NCBI RefSeq assembly: GCF_001194135.2
Contig: NC_068985.1
Location: 61,144,198-61,208,197, forward strand
Origin: Octopus bimaculoides
Taxonomy: Eukaryota
Direction: 5' to 3'
Length of the DNA stretch: 64,000 nt
The notes under the pieces are model-generated. The model ran no database searches and had not been told where the DNA came from. It saw only the letters and a list, made by a program, of their open reading frames with translations. This document shows positions 1 to 12,640 of this stretch, in pieces; position 1 is the first letter of the stretch; every line of letters begins with the position of its first letter. The position numbers were made by a program, and so were the translations under genes.

Positions 1-271
1 CCCACCACCTACCACATCTTCAATGTTTCATTGGGTCAAGTTTGGTGAGACCAAAAGAGTGTTTATGTTTGTTCACAACAACATATGATCCTAAAACAAT
101 TTATGAAAGTATCATACATGCTGCCAATTACAAATAATGGGAATGATCTTTTTCTTTTTTTTTTCTTTTATTTATTTTAAAGTTAATATTACATAGTTTC
201 TGCAGTCCTTATATAGAAACAGAAAACAAATTCCTTAAATGAAGAGTTTTCCAAACACCATTGTTTTATCC

Positions 272-518
272 TATTAATACTTTTGCAATAATATTTTAAA
301 TGATATAAACTGTCCATGTGTTTCAATTAATTTTGTAATTAATCTGGAATTTGCATAGATTTAGTAAAATAACTTTTCCACTGTAAATTTGGTGCTTCGG
401 ACTTAAACGATCCTTGTCATAGAAGGTTTTTAACTTAAATATGAATATTTTACAGTAAGAAGTTTTGTACAACAGAACCAAAGATGATCTCTGCTAATTT
501 AATACCAAAAGGGTTAAG
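272..518. mobile_element. piggyBac-like MITE (TTAA-CCCTTT family), degenerate
   Basis: Ends in CCAAAAGGGTTAA. Internal motif GATTTAGTAAAATAACTTT recurs near 27980 and 45430. Left end decayed. Confidence 0.5.
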
Positions 519-828
519 GTAGAAACTGTGTTTTGTATCTTTATAAGTAAACAAGTTCTATAGATATTTTGTTCACCTTTCCCCATTTAGTTTTGTGAGT
601 GACAATTTAAGAATTGGTAGGATTTGTAAATTGAAGAATATTGACAGCAATACTTGCAGAACAATAGTCTGTGATACTGTTATGGTTTCTACTACATTCT
701 GTCACAGCAAAGAAGTTCCTTTCTGCTATGAGAAATGAAAAATATTCCAGCTGTGTTACAAAATAACATGATATTACTTCTGGCTAACATTTATTGAAAG
801 TAAAACATAACATGCATGTGTGCGCACG

Positions 829-862
<34 letters not shown>

Positions 863-1084
863 AGATCAGGCAGTTAAGCTGAAACTGTTTTCAAATGCTA
901 TATCATAATAATTAGCATGAAATAAAAGCTAATACTTTTCCTGAAATTCTGACAGATTGTATTGAGTTGTACCAAGTGTTATATTAATGCTGATACAGAG
1001 AATGCAAAAGCTAGAGTCTGTGATACTCTGGCTGCTAAGTTGAATGTTGCAGAAAATTTTCTTTATTTTATGATATTCGCATGG

Positions 1085-1545
1085 TCACAAGCCTACTAGT
1101 ACCATTCTGGCTAGTTTAAATATTGTAATAAATCCAGCCACCAACATGACCAGCTTGCAGGGAACTGTGGTGTGTACAGCAGGATTATAGCTAGAGCCAT
1201 TAAAAATTACTCAGCTATGAAGCCATACATTCATGGGGATTGAAGTATTCTCACAGACTATTCTAAAGTTATTAAGACAGAGAACCTCAAAACTTCTCAA
1301 CTACCTCAAACACAAGGGAAATAAAGTGAGAATCTTTGTTAATAAAAAGAAATTCATATTTGACCAATTCATCAGTGGTCACATTTGCAGGGTTATTGTA
1401 TTTGAGACTTTTTAAGTGTCTGCTGGCATATAAAATGAGAATCCAGCATTAGTGATGGTGTTTGAAGCCACTGTATATGATGGACATGTGATGCCTCTTC
1501 ATTTGTGTATGATGGACATATGATACCACTTCATTTCATTGAAAG
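1085..1545 (+). pseudogene. Tc1/mariner-superfamily transposase remnant
   Basis: Broken frames read AIKNYSAMKPY, LLNYLKHKGNKVRIFVNKKKFIFDQ (cf. FFSDEKxF) and PALVMVFEATVYDGHVMPLHL (cf. VMVLGVVSNEGHVMPPHFF). The end carries a short tandem duplication. Confidence 0.65.
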
Positions 1546-1759
1546 AGATCTTACTTCAACATAGCTGTTGACTTGGTACTTTTTGGTTATCTCACCATTA
1601 AAAAATTGGGTTATCTCCCCACCATTTTACGAGAAATATCGGTACTCTTGTTATCTCCTTCAACTAAACAAATTGTTTAACCCTCAATAAAACAAAAATT
1701 AATAAACATAAAAAGTGAAAAGATGAAACATCATTTTGAATCTGATAATATTTTTATAA

Positions 1760-2221
1760 CATCATCATCATCATCATCGCTGTTTAACATCCACTTTCCA
1801 TGCTGGCATGGGTTGAATGGTTTGACTGAGGGCTGGCAGGCCAGAAGGCTTTACGAGGCTCCAGTCTGATCTGGCAAAGTTTCTACAGCTGGATGCCATT
1901 CCTAACACTAACCATTCTGAGAGGGTAGTGGGCGCTTTTTACATGGCACCGGCTCAGGACCAGTCAGCTGGCACTGGCATCGACCATGCTCAAATGGTGC
2001 TTTTTACAGGCCACGGGCATGGGAGCCAGTCAGGTGGCACTGGAAACAATCGAATGCTGCATTTTACATGCCACCGGCACGGGACTAGTCAGGCGGCTCT
2101 AGCATCGACCATGCTCGAATGGTGCTTTTTACATGCCACCAGCACGGGTGCCAATCAGGCGGTACTGTCATCGGCCACAACAATGACTTCACTTGCCTCA
2201 ACAGGTCTTCACAAGCGCAGT

Positions 2222-2222
<1 letters not shown>
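1760..2222 (-). mobile_element. SINE-like element with RTE-type 3' tail and internal ~60-bp tandem array
   Basis: Reverse complement ends in CCCATGCCAGCATGGAAAGTGGATGTTAAAC followed by (GAT)n. Homologous to copies near 28130, 36810 and 41800-42270. Confidence 0.75.
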
Positions 2223-2258
<36 letters not shown>

Positions 2259-2310
2259 AGGGCAAGGACAGTAGTTGACACCGTCAACTTCAGTACTGAT
2301 TGGTACTTTA

Positions 2311-2662
2311 CTTTATAAACCCCGGAGGGATGAGAGGTGAAGCTGACCATAGGTTGTTTGAAAATTCTGCAAAACATTTTTTCCAATGTTCTCATGATTC
2401 TGTCAGCTCACTGCTTCCAATTTATGTCTGTCCAAGATTCTGCAACAACACATAGTTCAAAGTGTGCAGGATTATTTGAAGGTGAAACTTCAACTGCTCA
2501 ACTGCTTTTTTCCAAGGAAATTTGGCCTTCTTTCTCATTCACTAGATTTAAGTCCATGTAACTTTTAGGTGTGAAATAACATTGAGGACAAAGCCATGTG
2601 ATATTATGGTCTGCCATAAGGAAAACTTTCAAATCAATAAACAAGGCAAAGAGGATACAGCG
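2311..2662 (+). repeat. Local duplication, copy 1 (SINE fragment plus unique sequence)
   Basis: Near-identical to 4024-4392, differing by small indels and substitutions. Confidence 0.9.
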
Positions 2663-3216
2663 ATATCCATACTTAATTATTTCTAATGAATTGCAGACAT
2701 ATTTAGTAATATTGTGCCTTATGATGTAATAACTACACAAAGTTTCATATTTCTATCTTTTCGTGTATCTTATTTTCACACCCAATTTCGCTGACGAATC
2801 CTCTTTATGCATATATGCATGTGTGCATGTATACACACACACATACACCACATACATAGGCATGCTACATATTAACACATGGCAACTACTCCCCCCACAC
2901 ACACACACCAACAACAACAACCTCACATCACAACACCCACATACATACAATTTCATGTTGAAAAGTAACCATATATTACATTATAATGAAAGACAAGCAT
3001 ATATTATAAGACTTCAAAAAAAAAAAAAGGGGGTTAATCAAAAACTGTTTACATTGATTTCATAATTATAAACCTGAACAAAGGAACTAAAATGTGTCAT
3101 GGATATATGTTGTATGTTAAAGACAAGTGGTTTCTTGACCATACAAGAAATAGATAGCTGTCTGGTTACACACACACACACACACACACACACAATAAAA
3201 TGAAAAATACATATTG

Positions 3217-3375
3217 AGTACAGGACATCACCAATGAGTGAAAAATACGTAAACACACACGAGATAAGTACAGGACAAAATACCAAAAACATACACAATA
3301 AGTACAGGATATCACCAAGGAGTGAAAAATATATGAAAACACAAGAGAAAAGTACAGGACAAAATGCCAAAAGAA
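3217..3375 (+). repeat. 84-bp period tandem duplication inside a Penelope-pLTR-like repeat
   Basis: AGTACAGGA at 3217, 3267, 3301 and 3351; both pairs are 84 nt apart. Confidence 0.8.
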
Positions 3376-3871
3376 GATAACTCCTCATCAGTTGTCGGAC
3401 TGTTTTTACTCCTACATCATGCTTTTAACGACAATATAGGGAACTTCATAAGACAGCAGCATCCAGAAATTTTTAAAATATAAAATTCATGGAGAGTCAG
3501 AGCTTTGAACAAACAAACAATGACAGAGTGGCTGTACAGAGTAAACAATCGACAAAGACAAACATTAAGAACTGTTAGGCCACAACAAATTGTAATGAGT
3601 AACGCCTGGGAGAAATTTTATCAAGAAAATATATATATATATATATATATATCTCATCATCATCATCATCATCTAACTTCCACATTTTGAAGCTTGTAGA
3701 CAGAATTTAAGGTGGATTTTCTATAGCCACATGCCCTCCCTGTTGCCATGGCCAAACATGGGAAGATTTCACAAGATTGGGAACAAAGAACGTTGTNNNN
3801 NNNNNNGTTGTTCATATGAAGGTGATGCTGGCTTACAACCATTACCTGCTGTCAAGTTAAGGATACAAACA

Positions 3872-3929
<58 letters not shown>

Positions 3930-4023
3930 ACACACACTCACACACACACACTCACACACATTTCTGTATACTCACAAGGTTTTGGTCAACCCAGTGCTAT
4001 AGAAGAAGACACTGGCACTTTCC

Positions 4024-4392
4024 TTTATAAACCCCGAAGGGATGAGAAGTGAAGCTGACCATAGGGTGTTTGAACTTGGAAAATAAAGAACCAGAACAAA
4101 TGCTGCAAAACATTTTTTGCAATGTTCTCATGATTCTGTCAGCTCACTGCTTCCAATTTATGTCTGTCCAAGATTCTGCAACAACACATAGTTCAAAGTG
4201 TGCAGGATTATTTGAAGGTGAAACTTCAACTGCTTTTTTCCAAGGAAATTTGGCCTTCTTTCTCATTCACTAGATTTAAGTCCATGTAACTTTTAGGTGT
4301 GAAATAATATTGAGGACAAAGCCATGTGATATTATGGTCTGCCATAAGGAAAACTTTCAAATCAATAAACAAGGCAAAGAAGATACAGCGAC
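4024..4392 (+). repeat. Local duplication, copy 2, embedded in a tRNA-derived SINE
   Basis: SINE sequence GAAGACAC lies to the left and resumes as GTGCACACAGTGG to the right. Confidence 0.85.
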
Positions 4393-4465
4393 GTGCACAC
4401 AGTGGCATTACACCCAAGACTACAGATTAAGAAGTACACTTCTTAACCACACAGTCATACCTATG

Positions 4466-5149
4466 CAGTGGCGGCTTGTAGATAAAATTAGTGGGGTGCT
4501 GCTTCAGAAACTTTTTAGCTGTTGTTTTAATATTGTGTAAAAGAAACAGACATATAAAAAGAATATTTATACATAAACTTGATCGGTTTGTGTTTTAGCC
4601 ACAGCTGGGTAGTGTGTTTAATTTGCTTACTGAACACCATCGCAAATTCCCCCTTGTTTTTCAAAAATCACCACTAAATCACAAAATAAGGAAGGAACAT
4701 CTGCCCCATTTTCCAAATCCTGGCAGCAACACTGTAGCTGGAAGCAGGATAATAATCTAATTCTACACTTTATCACATTCAAGAATATAAACACGTTTTT
4801 AAGTACAACACATGCGGAGTCAAAAAGAAACACTACCTTTCACTAGCACTGCTTGAACGACAGTGCTGTCTTTCCCTAATGTGAAGCTGCCTATCTCAGA
4901 CATGTAAGCATGCACACAACAGCCAAACACCACATCACTAGAATTGTGAAGCACACAGTTCTAATTAAGGATTTTTGTATTTTTTTCATAAACTAGGGGA
5001 TGGCTACTGACATTAGGCTTAAGGATTATATAATGTACAAGTATAAAGAAAGAACTAAAAAAGACTCGTTATATTGAATGTTATTGATAATATTGAATGG
5101 AAATAGGAGGTGCTGCAGTTCTGCAGTGCCTATACATGAGCCACCACTG
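4466..5149. mobile_element. Non-autonomous hAT element (684 bp)
   Basis: Termini CAGTGGCGGCT and AGCCACCACTG are imperfect TIRs. Identical 8-bp TSD TACCTATG at 4458-4465 and 5150-5157. Confidence 0.9.
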
Positions 5150-5172
5150 TACCTATGCCTATATACAAATGA

Positions 5173-5234
<62 letters not shown>

Positions 5235-5635
5235 AAAAGAAATATATAGATAAGCTAGTTATGGGTGAAGTTATGGATAAAATATATAGACAATCTAGGT
5301 ATGGGGTGAAAATTTTATATACTTGAATCAGTAAATAGAGCAACTTATGTTGTTTCTATTTGGATGCTAGTCTGTTATCTTTCTACAGAAAGTTGAAAAA
5401 GGACACCTCAAATATGGTAGCAGTATAGAAAATGTCTAAAATTCTTGTAAATTGTTTTCAACCAATGAGAGTTGAGCAAATTTATTTGTCATTTCTACTT
5501 TACTAGGAACTGGTTATATTATCAACTAACATTGAACAAACTGAAAACAATCAAAGTTTTGTTTAGATCAACTACAATCTATCTAATTATGTCAAACAAA
5601 ACCAAGTTCCATTTATTTTTCACACAGACAACTGT

Positions 5636-5754
5636 TTAATATAGAGGTTTTTGATGAAATAGCTGGCATTCCTTAGTCAACTCATTAAACATTGCAGACC
5701 TTGTTAAACATGTATCAAGACATTCAACTAACGTAGAAGAACCATGGTATTCCT
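5636..5754 (-). CDS. Putative terminal coding exon of host gene
   Basis: Acceptor TATTTATTTATTTTAG. Phase 0 gives RNTMVLLR*; a 2-nt shifted AG gives EYHGSSTLVECLDTCLTRSAMFNELTKECQLFHQKPLY*. Confidence 0.4.
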
Positions 5755-6002
5755 CTAAAATAAATAAATACAGTGAGCATACAAAACATCTTTACTAGAC
5801 TTTCCAACAAAGCTATCACTATTATCAATGTTATCAAAGTTTATATAGCCATTTATCTTTGGTCATAGTCGAGACTAACCTAAAGTTGCAAAGTATGAAT
5901 TTTTCCAGTCTAAAATATATCATTGAAAGAATAAAATAAATAGCAAAGTTTCCAAAGAATATATCTTCAATTTCTTTATAAGTCTACTTAAAAATAAATT
6001 AC

Positions 6003-6159
6003 CTCACAGAAAGTACCATGGCAACTGTTTAATGTAAACTGGTTATTGTTATCAAAATTAGTGGGTTCTGAACATGACCAAGAAATAGTTAAATCACAAT
6101 AAGTGTCTTCCAAGGTCTTTTTTGAACTAAGGAATTCTAAGATGCATTCATTTACACAT
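6003..6159 (-). CDS. Putative host exon
   Basis: Acceptor TTGTTTTCTTGTAAG, donor GAG|GTAATT. 52 open codons: CVNECILEFLSSKKTLEDTYCDLTISWSCSEPTNFDNNNQFTLNSCHGTFCE. Confidence 0.55.
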
Positions 6160-7127
6160 CTTACAAGAAAACAACTATAAAACTTCTATCTGCTCAGTAG
6201 ATCTGTTGAATGTAGTAGCTAAATCTCCCTTAAACTTGAACCAGTGAAGGTCAATCTGGTAAATCTTCATTGTTGATTGACCAGCTACAAATAGCAGCCA
6301 AATCTCCATCAAATTACAATTTAAAATCTTTAAAAAAAAAAAAATTAAAAGGTAAAAGAGGACACACTGATTAACAGCATGGAACAGAAGACAGAATGGT
6401 CACAACTGGAATGCTTTTGATTATAGACCATTCAGAACTAACTTGGATTTAAGTAGCAACAACTTTTAGCAAACTCTCTGCCTGTTCAGTGATATTTTTT
6501 TCATATTTAAAGTCTTTAAAATGTCTGACAGTCTGCTGCCTCCATAGACAGAGTTTGGTAATGGTTAAAGCACCAACTGAATATATCATTCAATCAGTGA
6601 TTTGTGTGTCACAAGTTTACGCCAGCAGCAGAACTAACTAGAATTCATTACCAATATCAAGGCTATAAAATATATTTAGGTTGTCGTTACAAAAACATAA
6701 GCGAAACAAGAAAATACGACCGCACACACACACACACACACAAAACAATAAGCCTTTCTAATATCTTTTCCTTAGTTACATTTGCCAAAGAGAAACATAC
6801 ATATCATAATTTAATACCCATTGTCCATATACNNNNNNNNNNNNNNNNNNNNNNNNNNNNNNNNNNNNNNNNNNNNNNNNNNNNNNNNNNNNNNNNNNNN
6901 NNNNNNNNNNNNNNNNNNNNNNNNNNNNNNNNGTTGTATATCTTATATATGTTCATTGAGGGGGTGTGATATGTTGAGTCGTCAACCCTGCATTTTTATT
7001 CTATAACTTATATATATATATATATAGTGTGTGTGTGTGTGTTGCATACAAGCATGGCGGCTATATGGTTCACAGTAGGCATGAGGTCTAATTCTTATAA
7101 GCATTCCACAATATTTATTCCATCTTT

Positions 7128-7164
<37 letters not shown>

Positions 7165-7504
7165 GCATGGCTATATGGCTTACAGAAGACATGTGGTCTA
7201 GTTCCCCTCATCATCATCATCCTCCATCATTTTGAATCAGGGTTTTGTCCCCATTAACGGGGGTGGCCAGATCTACCTCAATGTCATAGCAACCATCTCG
7301 CTGTCAGTGGATATATTCTCCTTTGCAGTGATCAGCGCTACATCTAACACGACCCATTGTATAGTTGACAGTCGAATGAATGTAGGTGTAATGGAGATAT
7401 TGTACATAAAGGGGTACACTCCGAAAAGAGGCTGCAATGGCAGACGGCAACAGGGAAGTGAACTGTTGAAATGTCGTAGAAGGCAAAGGGTTGACATGGG
7501 ATTA

Positions 7505-8632
7505 CTAGTGTGGCTGTAGAATAAGAAACATAAACTGAGCCTGTGCAGTCACATGAGAATATGTAGTAATGGATTACTTGAAAAAATAAGGCGTAGTGGC
7601 TTACAGCGTCGTTGGTGGGAGTAATTGGAGAATATGCTTTGATATTGAAGTCTAAGCAGGAAACTGCTTTGTTTGTATTATGCCGAAATAGTATCCATCT
7701 TCACCATTCACATAGATCAGTGGATACTGGAGTGCATCATAGGATGTAGTAATTCCTACAAAACCTCTTGGTAAACAATATTCTTTGTTTTCCCTTGTAG
7801 AACAAATGCAAACAGATTGGTTTTGCTTCCCACTCTTGAGCAGTCAACATTTAATTGCTCGTGTGAGAAGCGTAACTCTTCCAAGTGAAGTTCTACTGCA
7901 GACAGTGTTTTACCCAGGGTTTCATTGATAGACATTGCAAAGATGATACAAATAGGAAATTGCACTCTTCTGAATGAAAACTGAATTTCTGCTCCCAATG
8001 GAATGTGAGGAATTCTGGGTATGAAAACATCCTCTCCTTTTCCACATTCTGAAAGAATGGTAGCCTCAATAACATGTGGCATCGTCTTCTTTACGACCAG
8101 GTGTGTCCCATTGCAGAGTGTTGGTGGATCCCAACTCAATAACATTACTGGATTTCTTCCTTTCAGTTCCAATCTGTGGGGAGGTAGTCCTGGAGGCTCC
8201 AATGAATTGAGAAATTCTATTGGATAATTTACCACCTCTTCTGGATTTGAGATTGTATCAACTGACTTATAGATGTGAGGACTTCTAGGAAGATACTGCA
8301 GCAGCTGCTCATTAATTTTACTTAGTGTTGTTTTTTTGGAACAAATTGAGATTGTGATAATTTTTTGACAAATGGATGTAAGGGATACAACCAATTTCTG
8401 AAAGTTACTTTGCAAAGAGTTACCTCCCTTCTCAATGTAACCCAGGAATGGGTATTTTCTACTCCCAGGGGGCCTGTTACTCATTATGTGAAAAATTTTA
8501 AGAGTTTAAAACCACCTCTGGAACATAAGTAATGTATGTTCCCAGTATGGAGAAAATCAGTTGAAAAATACGGCTGTTACAATCTTTCACACATGTACAC
8601 ACACAGAGACAGAACAGGATTTTTATTATAGA
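7505..8632 (-). mobile_element. Internally deleted/rearranged Helitron
   Basis: Minus-strand 5' end TCTATAATAAAAATCC near 8632, PIF1 helicase C-terminus, Rep-side fragment SYDALQYPL, and candidate 3' end CTAG|T at 7505. Confidence 0.65.
7756..8484 (-). pseudogene. Helitron PIF1-family helicase C-terminal fragment
   Basis: YPIEFLNSLEPPGLPPHRLELK, LCNGT, VFIPRIP, FRRVQFP, AMSIN and FSHEQL..CSRV match PIF1/Helitron helicase motifs with degenerate residues. The N-terminal part of the ORF is out of frame. Confidence 0.92.
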
Positions 8633-9539
8633 CTAGTATTATATAACCTGATTTCATTCAGGTCTACTTGGGTCACATTTTAAAGATGAGGAATTTTGCC
8701 TTAGAGGCCACGCCTTTCAATTGAGCAAACGCAAAGTTGCCATGCAAACTCCCCAGCACTTTTAACATAGGTGTGCAAATTTTCAGGTCAATCCAACCAC
8801 ATTTACTAACACTTTTGCCTGCACAACTGCTTGTATACACACACACATGCGCACAAAAGAAAAATGACAGTAGAAAAGAAATCTTCTTTTATCTGTCAAT
8901 TTCGTTGCCTCTTAGCAAAAGTTTAATTTCCTGTGAGTGATATGAATCATACACTGTGAATGAGAATCCCTAAGGACAAAGGGATGTGACAAGATATTTC
9001 ATAAAAAATGATGGAATACCATCAATGGAACAATGACAGGAATTATTTTAAGTTTAAATAGAATGTGTGTCAATGGATTGAATTGATGAACATGGCTGGC
9101 AAAAAGATCTCTAGTTGGTTCTCAGCAATATAATGATCAAAGTATAAAATGTAGGATGTTACTCAACAGAAGACAGAGAAATCAATAATACAAACTTTTA
9201 AACCCAGGCTATTTGATTACTTTATTTACCACTTGACATTAAAGAGGAAATATTAAAAGAGACAACCTACTTATAGCAACTATTTACCAGCATGTTATTA
9301 GAAGAATTTTTTTTTGTTCCTTTGGTAACTATAATGGTTATGAAAATTTGAATATCTATATTCTTTTATTCTTTAAAGGGTTTCAGCCACTGGAATATGA
9401 CACAGCCTTCAAAAATTTTAGCTGATCAAATCAAACATAGAATTTATTTTAGTTTGACACATATTTTATCTATATTTATCAAACTGCTATTGTAAAAGCA
9501 TCCCTTTTGATGGATAGCTGTTAAGCAGAGAGACAGCTA

Positions 9540-9573
<34 letters not shown>

Positions 9574-10154
9574 GCGTGCGTGCGTGTATATCAGCTGTCG
9601 ATTATAAGTTGACACTGACTGTTCTTGTTCAGTAATCATCTCCAGCAGGCTCACATATGGGCTATAAGGCCTGTTCTTGATCTGCAGCAGTGATGACATC
9701 TGCTGTAAGTGGAGTTACTTGACAATAGAGAAGTGATGCTTCTCATGTGTTTTTTCATATTCTCTCTGTTGTTTCTCCTCAATGGCTGGAATTACGAGCT
9801 TCAGTGATTGGCTATAATTGGAGACATTTACCCAAGGTACCACACAGTGTGACTGAGCTTGAAACAATGTCAGTTCTAGTGCCTTTTAATTGTAGGCAAT
9901 GCCAATGTAATTATTGTAGACATTACTGCCAGAATTTGTAATTTGACTCATTTATGTCAACAACCAGATATTTGGAAATTTTGTAACTATAAATGTGTTA
10001 TCCACAAATGATTTTCCTACCCAGTTTTGTATTGTGTTGTGTAGTGCACGGCAAATGCTCTACACTGTAAGTGCATAGTGAGCTGGTAGGAAGTAGCCAA
10101 TTTCTAGACAATCATGGAACAGGTAATCTTAAAGTTTACAACTTTCATGTTTAC

Positions 10155-10200
10155 CATCAAATTTATAAATCTCATTGGTCAATCTCTTATAGTGCTGCTG
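10155..10200 (-). CDS. Possible host exon
   Basis: TTTTTGTAG|QQHYKRLTNEIYKFD(G)|GTAAAC. Phase 0 start matches the end of 11703-11820. Confidence 0.3.
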
Positions 10201-11199
10201 CTACAAAAACTGCACCTAGTACACTCTCTAATGTGCTTGGTGTTAGGCAGGGTATCTAGCTGGATAAACAACATAAAAATGAAATATCAGAGAATATGTT
10301 CCTTTAATCCATTGTAACTTGTTAAACTACCTTATCCATGCCAGCATGAATAATAGATGTATGATGATAATGATGACATTATATTGTGCATCACAGGAAC
10401 TAGCCATTCGTTCTTAAGAGTTTTGAAATGGAATTAAGATCTAGGTGTTGAACTTCCTAATGGTCCTTTTGAACTACAACAATCCTGATTATTATATTAC
10501 TCAACTTGGTAAAACTTAAGTAACAGTTGTAACCCTCCTGAAAACTTTATTAAGTAACACACACACACACACAGAGAAACCTTTTGACAGCTGTGGCTAA
10601 TTGTCTGCAATGTTAGACATTAGGCTCTTTTGTGTATAATTCAAAATGTTTAGAATACAAAACTGTATAGCAATAGAGGTATGTTTGGTCATGAACAATA
10701 GCTACCATAGGAATTAAAATTTTGAATAACAGTAGTTACTTCAGTGTGTTTCTGAAGTTACTTTAATCATAACATTGGTAACAACTATTATTGTAAGTTT
10801 GCAATTAAACAGGAAATGCCATCTGATGCATCGCAGAAGAATTGCTGCAACAGTTTAGGCATTAATGTGTAGTTAAGAAACCTATTTTGTAATCACATAG
10901 TTCTGGTAACCATTCAACAGTGCAGCATCTTGAGTAAACACAAGCAGTCCAAGTGAAACCGGATAGACAAAAACTATATAGATGTCTTTAACTTTTTTGT
11001 TGTTGTTTTTTTTGGGGGGGTGAGGCGGGGGGGGGGGATAGACTTAATGATTATCACCTGACTTCAACACTAAATTTTTGGATACCTTAAACAGAGTTCA
11101 CTCTGTCAATGGTAGCCAAAGTTAAAGGTTAACTGTAATACAATTAGAAACATTTAAAGCAGGTCTCTGATCTAAGGATACCGTAATATCCTGATACGG

Positions 11200-11360
11200 T
11201 GTTTCCTACAGTAGTAGGAAGTATAGTTGATTTTATTGACCCCCAGTAGTGGAAAAGTGCTCATTCTGTCAACCATTGAGGGATGAAAAACAAAGTTGGC
11301 CTCAGTGAGATTTGAACTCAGAATGTAAAAACACATAAATACCACAGCATTTTGTTCACC
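11200..11360 (-). mobile_element. tRNA-derived SINE (second family)
   Basis: Minus strand reads TTCTGAGTTCAAATCTCACTGAGGCCAACTTTG, a B-box-like head. Homologous to 33645-33790, 22900-23045, 37690-37860 and 61200-61330. Confidence 0.7.
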
Positions 11361-11563
11361 ACTAAAACAGATGCAAAGCAAAAGGAGAATGAGGAGAGGT
11401 GGAACGCCACTCCTCTGTACATTGGTTCACCTTCTTTTAGTGCTAAATTAAACTGTCAGCCCAGAAAGAATGTTCAACATTTTCTATGCACCACGCACAG
11501 ACTAATGAGTTTGTCCTCCTCCTGCTGCAGCTAACAGCAAATATCAAGAGGAACAATAGACAC

Positions 11564-11613
<50 letters not shown>

Positions 11614-11702
11614 TCACTCACAAACATTCCACTACAAGCTACACTTTGCTTGCTTATCATCCAATGATAATTATCTCCTTTAATTTGAATTGATCACCAT
11701 AC

Positions 11703-11820
11703 ACCCCAATTTCTGATGTGCAGCTTTTCCAATGCAGGCAAAACAAGTCTAGGTGCATTGTTTCTCACTTCTGGTAGTTGTGAGGGTGTTTCTCCTTCAT
11801 ATATATTATTCAATCCTTTT
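11703..11820 (-). CDS. Putative host exon
   Basis: Acceptor CTTGTTTCACTTTTAG, donor GGT|GTATGG. KGLNNIYEGETPSQLPEVRNNAPRLVLPALEKLHIRNWG. Phase 2 start matches 14680-14728. Confidence 0.6.
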
Positions 11821-12179
11821 CTAAAAGTGAAACAAGTCTTGAAACATTCCCATAGCTCCCCTTTAATGTGGTCTTCATCTGATTTTTGAACTGCTTTGTT
11901 AGTTCACTAACCAGGTCATGGTGTAGCTGACTGCAATTGTAGAGGATCTTACCAAGAGAAACATAAGTCAAAGAGGCACATTATACACACACACAAACAT
12001 ACACCAATGTGTGTGTGTGTGTGTATGTGTGCGCACGCGCATGTATGCAGAATGCTTGTCTAACTTGTGTCTCTCCTGACAAGATCCTCTGCAGCTAGAC
12101 AGCTACACTATGGTCAATGCCTGACTGGTAGACTAAAATACCATTGAAATTAGTGTCCCAGCATTGATAGAAAATAATA

Positions 12180-12640
12180 AAAAGTCATCATCATTATTAT
12201 TACGTCCATTTTTCCATACTTGCATGGGTGAGATAGATCCTTCCCCACAGTATTTTTGCCATCCTTTGAGTTTTTGTCATCTCTTGTCTCAGGCTCAAAA
12301 TCCTAAAATAAACTTTTACCAATTTTGTTCATGCCTTCCTTGGTTTCCTTTCCCTCAAATATTCTAAAATTTAATTTTATCCATCTCTCATCCTCCATAT
12401 ACATCACATATCCATACAAACACAATATTTGTTCTTTCCTGCTTCCACTGATTCCTCTTTTACACAGTTTATCTCTCAGTTCATCCCTCCACACTAACAT
12501 TACACATACAGCAATGTATATTTGTTTTATATCACTCCAACCTTCACCACACATCCTCTATATTCAGTGCCCGCATCCCACTACCATCTATCACGGCACT
12601 TTGTACACCAGTAACATACAATCTACCCTTTGCTCAAAAA
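12180..12640 (-). mobile_element. RTE-clade LINE 3' fragment
   Basis: ELRDKLCKRGIS...LYGYVMYMEDE resembles the RTE C-terminal LRWxGHVxRM region. Ends CCCATGCAAGTATGGAAAAATGGACGT plus (ATG)n, the same tail as the RTE-tailed SINEs. Confidence 0.7.

Noticed and set aside
1930-2185. CRISPR-like repeat/spacer look (also 41820-42120)
   Set aside because: The units are degenerate along their whole length, sit inside a eukaryotic SINE-like element, and no cas genes are present.
3731-4030. ORFs rich in HT/CV/YI/SS dipeptides across the window
   Set aside because: Translations of microsatellites or N runs, not proteins.
7210-7500. Hairpin CCCCATTAACGGGG plus CTGA as the Helitron 3' end
   Set aside because: It is followed by an (ATG)n tail typical of retroposed RTE-like ends. 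CTAG at 7505 is the closer candidate, so the origin of 7210-7500 is left open.
11690-11890. Plus-strand SFSNAGKTSL resembling a P-loop
   Set aside because: The first Gly is missing, no other GTPase motifs follow, and splice signals favour a minus-strand exon.
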